A DNA stretch of 64,000 nucleotides from Candidatus Pacebacteria bacterium GW2011_GWA1_46_10 (GTDB lineage: Bacteria; Patescibacteriota; Microgenomatia; UBA1400; PJMF01): the NCBI GenBank assembly GCA_001002135.1, contig LCLP01000002.1, forward strand, positions 2,520 to 66,519, in the 5' to 3' direction. A program made the translations under genes and the position numbers. The notes below the pieces were generated by a model. It did not search any database. It was not told the DNA's origin and was given only the letters and a program-made list of their open reading frames with translations. Below are positions 28,839 to 36,391 of the stretch, one piece after another. Position 1 is the first letter of the stretch; each line of letters begins with the position of its first letter.

Positions 28839-30127
28839 AAAACGATTATAAAGTCAAAGATCTGACGCTGGCCCGCTGGGGGAGAGAAGAAATCATCCTA
28901 GCGGAAAAAGAAATGCCAGGGCTGATGTCGCTACGGAACGAGTACAGCAAACAACAACCGCTCAAGGGTGCGCGCATTGCCGGGTCACTCCACATGACGA
29001 TTCAAACCGCGGTCTTGATCGAAACTTTACAAACGCTGGGTGCACAGGTTCGTTGGGCATCCTGCAATATTTTCTCGACCCAAGATCATGCCGCCGCGGC
29101 CATCGCTAATGTTGGCACGCCGGTCTTTGCTTGGAAAGGGGAGACAGAAAAAGAATATTGGTGGTGTACTGATCAAACACTCAAGTTTGCTAATGGCAAA
29201 GGTCCCAACCTGATCGTTGACGATGGGGGAGACTTAACAAAATGGGTTCATGAACAACATCCAGAACTCTTGAAAGATCTCAAAGGTGTCTCGGAAGAAA
29301 CTACTACTGGCGTTCATCAGTTGTACCAAATGCTCAAAGACAAGCAGCTGAAAATTCCGGCCATCAATGTCAATGACAGCGTCACCAAGTCGAAGTTTGA
29401 TAACAAATATGGCTGCCGCGAATCACTGGCCGATGGGATTAAGCGAGCCACCGATATCATGCTGGCCGGTAAAGTGGCCGTCATTGCGGGTTACGGCGAT
29501 GTGGGCAAGGGTTCAGCCCAGTCTCTCCAAGGTTTTGGTTGCCGCATTTTGATCACTGAAATCGATCCGATTTGCGCTCTACAGGCTTTGATGGAAGGGT
29601 ATGAAGTAGTCACGATGGAGGAAGCGGTGAAAGTGGCTGATATCTTTGTCACCGCCACCGGTAACCGCGACATTATCACCATCGATCACCTGAAGCAGAT
29701 GAAAGATGCGGCCATCGTTTGTAACATCGGTCACTTTGACATCGAGATTCAAGTTGATAAACTCAATAAATTTCCGGGGATCAAAAAGAAAACTATTAAG
29801 CCACAGGTTGACCTCTATACTTTCCCCGATGACCATCGCATTATTCTGTTGTCCGAGGGTCGTTTAGTCAATCTTGGCAACGCCACCGGCCACCCATCAT
29901 TTGTGATGTCAAACTCATTTACCAACCAAGTCTTGGCGCAAATTGAATTGTGGACGAAAGATTATCAGGTTGGGGTTTATGAGCTACCAAAAGAGCTCGA
30001 TGAAAAAGTGGCTAAACTGCATGTCGAACACCTCGGCGGAAAACTAACCAAACTCACCAAAGAGCAAGCAAAATATGCCGGTATCCCCGTCAACGGACCA
30101 TTCAAACCAGAATACTATCGGTATTAA
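28835..30127 (+). CDS. ahcY: adenosylhomocysteinase
   Basis: Full-length SAHH. NAD-binding domain [10 protein letters not shown]. Substrate-domain motifs. The start overlaps the kinase stop (ATGA). Confidence 0.9.
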   Translation: MKNDYKVKDLTLARWGREEIILAEKEMPGLMSLRNEYSKQQPLKGARIAGSLHMTIQTAVLIETLQTLGAQVRWASCNIFSTQDHAAAAIANVGTPVFAWKGETEKEYWWCTDQTLKFANGKGPNLIVDDGGDLTKWVHEQHPELLKDLKGVSEETTTGVHQLYQMLKDKQLKIPAINVNDSVTKSKFDNKYGCRESLADGIKRATDIMLAGKVAVIAGYGDVGKGSAQSLQGFGCRILITEIDPICALQALMEGYEVVTMEEAVKVADIFVTATGNRDIITIDHLKQMKDAAIVCNIGHFDIEIQVDKLNKFPGIKKKTIKPQVDLYTFPDDHRIILLSEGRLVNLGNATGHPSFVMSNSFTNQVLAQIELWTKDYQVGVYELPKELDEKVAKLHVEHLGGKLTKLTKEQAKYAGIPVNGPFKPEYYRY

Positions 30128-30159
30128 TTTTTTCCTCGAGTATGATATGATTCACCTCT

Positions 30160-30702
30160 ATGCAAGGTCACCCTTTAGAAGCGGTAAAATTTCGGTATCC
30201 TTTGCCTCCAGAACAGCTTTCTCAATACCTCAAAAAGGGAATCAAACCACCTTTAGAAATTGCTGAACTTATTACGCAATTATTTTGCGGTCCCCATGAA
30301 CAACAACACATCAAAATGCTCCATGGAGGAAACACAAATTTACTTTTGTCATACAAAGGTCACGAGAGCTCATTGGCAAGCTGGCAAATAGAAGATGAGG
30401 AAATGAAGGTAGTGGCTTTGCAGGGGGCAAAATCGAGAAAATCATGGAGGGTTTCAAATGCTGTTGATTGGCCGAAGCTTTTCGCCCATGAATCTGTTGC
30501 TCTCGCACAGATGCCCGATGCGGGAATCCGCCGAATTACCATGCCAAGCATAAAAAATATTAAAAATTTCTATAATTCAGCAGAAAGCATTCGTGATTAT
30601 GAAACGGTTCAGACTGCTGCTATCCGTTATCGAGTATTTATCGCCATCGCCATGTTAGGCTGGTCTGAAGAAGAACATCAATTTGTGAGGGATCTTAAGT
30701 AA
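30160..30702 (+). CDS. hypothetical protein (180 aa)
   Basis: ORF only. Confidence 0.3.
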   Translation: MQGHPLEAVKFRYPLPPEQLSQYLKKGIKPPLEIAELITQLFCGPHEQQHIKMLHGGNTNLLLSYKGHESSLASWQIEDEEMKVVALQGAKSRKSWRVSNAVDWPKLFAHESVALAQMPDAGIRRITMPSIKNIKNFYNSAESIRDYETVQTAAIRYRVFIAIAMLGWSEEEHQFVRDLK

Positions 30703-31297
30703 GCTCTTTGCTCTTTATTAAAGTAAGCTGTTTCCTTCTCATTCCCAGCATCGTGGCAAATAAGCCATTGCCAAAAAACCAAACTACCGGATAGAGAGAA
30801 GTAACAACGGTGTATCTTTCTAGTGCCATAACCGCTAACGCAAAGCGAAGAGTGTTAATGACATAAAAGGCAAGGGTTTCAGAATACGGTTTGCGCCAAG
30901 ATTTGCGGATAGTCGGTATAAAGGCAAAAACTTCGGTGGTAGTCAACAAAATCACTGATAATACCGGTTGTTTTGCCACTAACCACAAACTCAATGCCAC
31001 AAAAGCCAGGATAAAGAAAACCGTATCGGCCAAAACAATATCCCGTTTACCCTTTTTAAAAAAACTTAAAGTAAATACCACAATCACCGACATCGCCGCC
31101 GCTAAAGTCACAAATGCTCCGGGACCAGCCTGATCACTGATTTGCAAGGCAAACACAATCGAAGTCATAATGCCCCAAATAAACCAGCTGTAAATATGAG
31201 GTTGGATTTTGTCTTGAATCAGATCGCGGATATAGGGCACGTAACCAATAAAGGTCAGCAGCACAGCAATAATGCCAACAATAACTTTGAAATCCAT
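30695..31297 (-). CDS. hypothetical 6-TM membrane protein
   Basis: Six hydrophobic segments. Downstream of, and on the same strand as, the ATP-grasp gene. Confidence 0.4.
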   Translation of the reverse strand: MDFKVIVGIIAVLLTFIGYVPYIRDLIQDKIQPHIYSWFIWGIMTSIVFALQISDQAGPGAFVTLAAAMSVIVVFTLSFFKKGKRDIVLADTVFFILAFVALSLWLVAKQPVLSVILLTTTEVFAFIPTIRKSWRKPYSETLAFYVINTLRFALAVMALERYTVVTSLYPVVWFFGNGLFATMLGMRRKQLTLIKSKELT

Positions 31298-31311
31298 TGA
31301 GAGTAATTCTA

Positions 31312-32439
31312 TCAGACAATCTTGAAGGATCTATTTATCCTCGTCCCAAACTCGGCCACGATACTTCGAATCAGTTGTTTGGACATGGCGATATTGACCT
31401 TTTTGGTCACGTCCCAGTCAATACCAGGACCAATATTGCCTTCGATAAAGTAGACATGGCTATGGTTGCTGATCACAAAATCAAGTGCGTAAAGTGATTG
31501 GGGTTTGTTAATTTTCCTGACGATTTTCCGGGCGATGGTGTGAATTCTTTTCGGAATATCACTTTCGGTCACATAAACTAGTTGCCCACCCTGGTGTTCA
31601 TTACAGCGAAAGTCATCGGCCTTGGCCATACGGATATAACACTGGAGTAATTGATCATGGTGAAATATCAAACGCAGATCAGTGGAGGTCTGCTTATTTT
31701 TATAGGCAAAACCTTTATCAAAAGAAACGAAGGGCTGTAAAACAAAGTGCATGGTTGGATGTTTCAGCATTAATTTTTTAATTCTAACTGCAAAATCCTT
31801 GGAAATTTTATAGACAAAGTTGCCGCTGGCGCCAAAACGGTCTTTCAGGACAATTTTTTCCGAAAAGTCACCGGCGTACCGCTCGTCCTGCATCAGTACG
31901 CGTAGCTTATTAAGCGCGATATCAATATCTATTGCTTTATTTGATCGAACGCTGACCGTCGGAATAGCGTAGCGGGGAAACTCTTTGTAAGTTAATTGCT
32001 TGTCAAAAAAGATATCGAAAAGCCCTACATCATTAAAAGGCGATACCGATTTATCTGATAACATTAATTTTCTTTCGGCAACCATAGCGGAGGAGAAGGG
32101 CAAAAATTTATCGAAAATCTGTCTTGACCTGGCACGTTTACCAACCTTGGACCAGTCACCCAACGAAGAAGTCCAATAGTTTTGACAGGTCCCTGGACCA
32201 ATAATATCTGACGAGGTCGTCAAGCCGGCATTCAGGCCAGACTTTTTGCATTGATCAAGAAAATAGGCATAGGACAAATTATAGTGCGCTTGTTTTGAAT
32301 CCAATAAAAATGGGTGTTGGCTATGAGCATCGGTCACAGAAGCACTAGCCGCTAAATTAGCAGAATAGACAACCAAAACGTCTAGATTGACCAAACTTTT
32401 CATAAAACATACTTGGGAATATGTGGTTCTAGTATACAC
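31312..32439 (-). CDS. ATP-grasp family ligase (orphan)
   Basis: ATP-grasp core elements VLKDRFGASGNFVYKI, LQPFV, FRCNEHQGGQ and ALDFVISNHSHVYFIEGNIGPGI (Mg/ATP-binding E-x-N). N-terminal roughly 130 aa unassigned. Confidence 0.6.
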   Translation of the reverse strand: MYTRTTYSQVCFMKSLVNLDVLVVYSANLAASASVTDAHSQHPFLLDSKQAHYNLSYAYFLDQCKKSGLNAGLTTSSDIIGPGTCQNYWTSSLGDWSKVGKRARSRQIFDKFLPFSSAMVAERKLMLSDKSVSPFNDVGLFDIFFDKQLTYKEFPRYAIPTVSVRSNKAIDIDIALNKLRVLMQDERYAGDFSEKIVLKDRFGASGNFVYKISKDFAVRIKKLMLKHPTMHFVLQPFVSFDKGFAYKNKQTSTDLRLIFHHDQLLQCYIRMAKADDFRCNEHQGGQLVYVTESDIPKRIHTIARKIVRKINKPQSLYALDFVISNHSHVYFIEGNIGPGIDWDVTKKVNIAMSKQLIRSIVAEFGTRINRSFKIV

Positions 32440-32471
32440 GAAAATAAGGTGAAAATCAGAGTAAAATGGAT

Positions 32472-32654
32472 TTATAGTTCAATCGGCTCTTGGATACGAG
32501 GATTTTCTTCTCCTACATTTGCACTATTTTTTGCAGTGCTTTTTGAAGTAAGTCGTTTAATCAGATCACGAACTCGATCTCTCAACGATTTTCTATTCAT
32601 CCCCATTACCATTTCATCAAGATCTCGGCCAAGAGTTAATTTTTCATTTATCAT
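32472..32654 (-). CDS. small ORF (60 aa) immediately upstream of the ATP-grasp ligase; candidate substrate or precursor peptide
   Basis: Charged, non-hydrophobic 60-aa ORF with a TATACT box about 12 nt upstream of its ATG. C-terminal region is rich in T/S/K and D/E (TSKSTAKNSANVGEENPRIQEPIEL). Confidence 0.3.
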   Translation of the reverse strand: MINEKLTLGRDLDEMVMGMNRKSLRDRVRDLIKRLTSKSTAKNSANVGEENPRIQEPIEL

Positions 32655-32722
32655 ATAAAAATTAGTATACAGCAGACTTTTTAATGTGGGTAAAGTGCGG
32701 GAGAGTGTTAAAACTCTTTTTG

Positions 32723-33310
32723 CTACTTACCAGTTGCTTTTAGTATCTCTGAATCTCTGATTAGGATCGCTCGATCGCAAGTGTAAATCAGACCCTTGTT
32801 GGGTTGTGATTCCAAGCCCAAATAGATGATTTCAACCTGCCTGTCTTTTGCTTCTTTGATTGCTGGTTGCAAGTCAGAGTCGGAGCTACAAAGAATGATT
32901 GTTTTTACTTTGCCATCACATGATTCTGCCGTCATATCGACTGCTATTCTTACATCAACACCTTTTTCACGAAACACCACCTCTTTCTTACCATTAATAG
33001 TCACCTCTTGTCCCCTAATGTTCCCTGCTTTGACAAATTTAAACGCCTGGTTTTGAAGACTCGCTTTAAGTGCTCTTTGCCGTTGAATTAATTCTTGAGA
33101 TTTCTTTAGTGAGTTTGGATGAAATCTTAACTTAGCAGCATAGAATCTCTTAACTGATACATTAATTCCGTTAAGAACTGTTGAAAATAATTGATCAAAA
33201 TTATATTTCTCTATATCAATTTTTTGGTCATGTTTAAGGCCAATTTTTCTGATGTAGTACTTCAGGTTTTCACTATCAATGTAGAGAATAGTTTGTTTCG
33301 ATTTAATCAC
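32723..33310 (-). CDS. NYN-domain (LabA/PIN-like) protein
   Basis: GVDVRIAVDM and ILCSSDSDLQPAI match NYN/LabA-like nuclease-fold motifs. Confidence 0.6.
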   Translation of the reverse strand: MIKSKQTILYIDSENLKYYIRKIGLKHDQKIDIEKYNFDQLFSTVLNGINVSVKRFYAAKLRFHPNSLKKSQELIQRQRALKASLQNQAFKFVKAGNIRGQEVTINGKKEVVFREKGVDVRIAVDMTAESCDGKVKTIILCSSDSDLQPAIKEAKDRQVEIIYLGLESQPNKGLIYTCDRAILIRDSEILKATGK

Positions 33311-33324
33311 AGCCGGTTTATATC

Positions 33325-33360
33325 AAAAAAAACCTCGTCGGGCCAGAGGCATGGACGAGG
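33325..33360 (-). terminator. intrinsic terminator downstream of the tRNA-Arg/tRNA-His pair
   Basis: On the minus strand, hairpin CCTCGTC-(14 nt)-GACGAGG followed by TTTTTTTT. Confidence 0.6.
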
Positions 33361-33427
33361 CGAGAATTACTTACATTAAACAAGAAACACATTAAAGTGT
33401 CAATAGCCACGTTTTGATATATATTGA

Positions 33428-33505
33428 TGGGGTGGTATACCGGACTCGAACCGGCGACCTCATCCTCCACAGGGACGCGCTCTAACCAACTGAGCTAATA
33501 CCACC
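33428..33505 (-). tRNA. tRNA-His (anticodon GTG) with encoded G-1 and CCA
   Basis: Reverse complement: g(-1) plus acceptor gtggtat/ataccac, discriminator C pairing with G-1, anticodon arm cgtcc-ctgtgga-ggatg (GTG), T-arm gccgg-ttcgagt-ccggt, 3' CCA. Confidence 0.8.
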
Positions 33506-33522
33506 ATTGTATGCTGCAAAAG

Positions 33523-33596
<74 letters not shown>

Positions 33597-33640
33597 ATTA
33601 TACATTGCTTGCGCCCGCCTGTTATTATACTCGATACAAG

Positions 33641-35887
33641 ATGTCATTCACCTTGAAAACACCCTTCCAGCCCACCGGAAACCAACCTCAAGCCATTAAG
33701 AAGTTAACCAAGGGTGTCGAGGCGGGGAACAAACACCAAACACTACTCGGTGTCACCGGTTCCGGTAAAACCTTCACTATGGCCAACATCATTGCCAATA
33801 CTCAGCGGCCAACCTTAGTGGTAGCTCACAACAAAACCTTGGCCGCCCAGCTATACCAAGAGTTCCGCGATTTTTTTCCCGCTAACGCCGTCAGTTACTT
33901 CGTTTCGTACTACGACTACTATCAACCAGAAGCATATATCCCCACCACCGATACCTATATCGAGAAAGAGGCTGATATCAACGATGAAATTGACAAACTG
34001 CGTTTGGCCGCGACGACCAATTTGCTGACCAGACCCGACACTATCGTGGTGGCTTCCGTGTCTTGCATTTACAACCTTGGTTCACCGGTCGAATATGGCC
34101 AATATTTGCTGGAGTTGAAGGAAGGCGAGATCATTCCCCGCAAATCATTGCTTCTTCAATTAACCAACCTGCAGTATGAACACAGCACCACCGATTTTCG
34201 CCGCGGCACCTACCGACCCAGAGGGGACACCATTCAAATTTGGCCGGCCTATCAAAACACCGCGCTCAAGGTAGAAACCCTAGAAAATAAAATCACTAAG
34301 ATCCAAGAAATCGACCCGATCAGCGGCAATGTGGTAATACCCACCAGCCAAGACCCGGAAACCCAGCGCTTCATTATTTACCCGGCTAAGCACTACATGA
34401 TGAACCAAGAGGCACAAACCGCAGGTATGAAAGAGATCGAAAAAGAACTCGAATTCCGCCTCAAGGAAATGGAAAAGATGGGAAAAACACTGGAAGCCTA
34501 TCGACTGAAACAGAAAGTCAATTATGATCTGGAAATGATGCGCGAGTTTGGTTTCGTCAATGGTATCGAAAACTACTCGCGCTACTTTGACGGCCGCAAT
34601 CCTGGTCAACCACCGTATACTTTGTTGGACTACTTTGCCGAGAGTCAAAAACGCTTTGGCCTCGATTCATTCCTGACTATTATTGACGAAAGCCACATGA
34701 CTCTCCCGCAGATCCGCGGCATGTATCATGGCGATCGCTCACGCAAAGAAACACTCATCGAATACGGCTTTCGCCTGCCGAGTGCTTTGGATAACCGACC
34801 ACTCCAATTTCATGAGTTTCTCGAACGTACACCGCAAAACATTTACGTTTCCGCCACCCCGGATGAGTGGGAGCAGCAACAATCCGGCCAGCATATCGCC
34901 GAGCAACTGATTCGGCCAAACGGCTTGGTTGACCCACTGATTGAACTGCGGCCAATCCAGGACCAAATCGAAGAACTGGTGATTGAGGTTATTCGCCGCA
35001 AGTCGGTCGGCCAACGGGTACTTGTCACCACGCTGACCAAAAAGATGGCCGAGGCATTGACAGAGTATCTGAACACCCCGGAAAAAATCGACAAGCTAAT
35101 TGCCAGTTTTCAGCAGAAACAGACAGTGGAAAAATACCCAGAAACAACCTATCAAAGAGATGAATATATTAATACTCAAAACATGGAAATAGGCAAGATA
35201 AATACAGCTTTTTTCTCTCGCATAGAGCCTCTGAAAAATACCAAACAAATCCCGAAACCGAAAGTTGCCTACCTTCACTCGGATATTGAGACGTTAGACC
35301 GCTCTGATATCTTGGACGATCTTAGGAAAGGTGAGTATGACGTGCTGGTCGGCATCAACCTCTTGCGAGAGGGACTTGATCTGCCCGAAGTCAGTCTCGT
35401 GGCCATTCTTGACGCCGATAAGGAAGGTTTCCTACGCTCCACCACTTCACTCATTCAAACCATGGGCCGGGCTGCCCGCCATGAGGATGGCCGGGTCATT
35501 CTCTTTGCCGACAATCTCACTAAATCCATGAAACAAGCCATCGAAGAAACTCAGCGCCGCCGTGAATATCAAGTCGACTACAACGCCAAGCACGGCATCA
35601 CCCCCCAAACTATCCAAAAACCCATCCGCGAAAAATTGTTGCTGCGGGAGGAAACCCATGCTGACAAGCAGCACAAAAAGGGGAGACTGGAAACTTTAAA
35701 AGGGACTACCATTCGTCTCAGTAAAAAAGAGGTCATTAACCTTGAATCGATCGACCCCGAGGCTATGACACCGGCAGAGAAAAACAAGCTGGCCCGTAAA
35801 CTTAATCGCCGCATGAAGCAGGCCGCCAATGACCTGGACTATGAGTTGGCGGCACTGCTGCGAGACACCATTCACAAACTGATGTGA
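33641..35887 (+). CDS. uvrB: excinuclease ABC subunit B, with an insertion of about 60 aa in helicase domain 3
   Basis: Walker A GVTGSGKT, beta-hairpin region, LVGINLLREGLDLPEVSLVAILDADKEGFLRS, C-terminal UVR domain. Extra segment at about 35072..35263 relative to the E. coli layout. Confidence 0.9.
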   Translation: MSFTLKTPFQPTGNQPQAIKKLTKGVEAGNKHQTLLGVTGSGKTFTMANIIANTQRPTLVVAHNKTLAAQLYQEFRDFFPANAVSYFVSYYDYYQPEAYIPTTDTYIEKEADINDEIDKLRLAATTNLLTRPDTIVVASVSCIYNLGSPVEYGQYLLELKEGEIIPRKSLLLQLTNLQYEHSTTDFRRGTYRPRGDTIQIWPAYQNTALKVETLENKITKIQEIDPISGNVVIPTSQDPETQRFIIYPAKHYMMNQEAQTAGMKEIEKELEFRLKEMEKMGKTLEAYRLKQKVNYDLEMMREFGFVNGIENYSRYFDGRNPGQPPYTLLDYFAESQKRFGLDSFLTIIDESHMTLPQIRGMYHGDRSRKETLIEYGFRLPSALDNRPLQFHEFLERTPQNIYVSATPDEWEQQQSGQHIAEQLIRPNGLVDPLIELRPIQDQIEELVIEVIRRKSVGQRVLVTTLTKKMAEALTEYLNTPEKIDKLIASFQQKQTVEKYPETTYQRDEYINTQNMEIGKINTAFFSRIEPLKNTKQIPKPKVAYLHSDIETLDRSDILDDLRKGEYDVLVGINLLREGLDLPEVSLVAILDADKEGFLRSTTSLIQTMGRAARHEDGRVILFADNLTKSMKQAIEETQRRREYQVDYNAKHGITPQTIQKPIREKLLLREETHADKQHKKGRLETLKGTTIRLSKKEVINLESIDPEAMTPAEKNKLARKLNRRMKQAANDLDYELAALLRDTIHKLM

Positions 35888-36006
35888 TATGGTAGGATCT
35901 CTTAACACTCCATAAAATGAAAAATAGCCAAGAACAAGTAATCTAAGAAATCACTGACCTCTTTAATAAAGCCAAAGCCAACAACGCTGGGAGAACACGC
36001 GTTGAT

Positions 36007-36285
36007 ATGATTGCCCGGGCAGTTCAAGCTAGCCAAGCCTTCATCCCAGGTAAAGTAGACACCGCTATCAGACGGTTGTTGGTACCTGACAGTAGTCGGC
36101 CGCGACTCCAAAAGTCCGGAGCGGAGCTCGCGCAGTACATCTTGCTAATGAGTGAAAACAACCCATTATTTGTGACTATTGCCAAGGAAATCCTACGCCA
36201 AGTAGCCGAGTATGATGGACCACCCATTCCACCATTTCAAAAACGTTCTAGGCCATATCGTTCGCAACGTTCAGCTTCACACTAA
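36007..36285 (+). CDS. hypothetical ORF in the uvrB-uvrA spacer (92 aa)
   Basis: ORF only, within an unusually long (about 500 nt) spacer. Confidence 0.2.
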   Translation: MIARAVQASQAFIPGKVDTAIRRLLVPDSSRPRLQKSGAELAQYILLMSENNPLFVTIAKEILRQVAEYDGPPIPPFQKRSRPYRSQRSASH

Positions 36286-36391
36286 TCTCATTCCCATAGA
36301 CTGATCTTGATTCATAATTTTGATTTACTAAGGACACTCGAAAATTTCCCGTAACAGCGCTATAATGGTTCTTCATTTTTTGGCTCAGCTC

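Noticed and set aside
35072-35263. Intein in UvrB.
   Set aside because: The insert is about 64 aa with no Cys/Ser-...-His-Asn splicing residues, far below the minimum mini-intein size. It is called a lineage-specific insertion instead.
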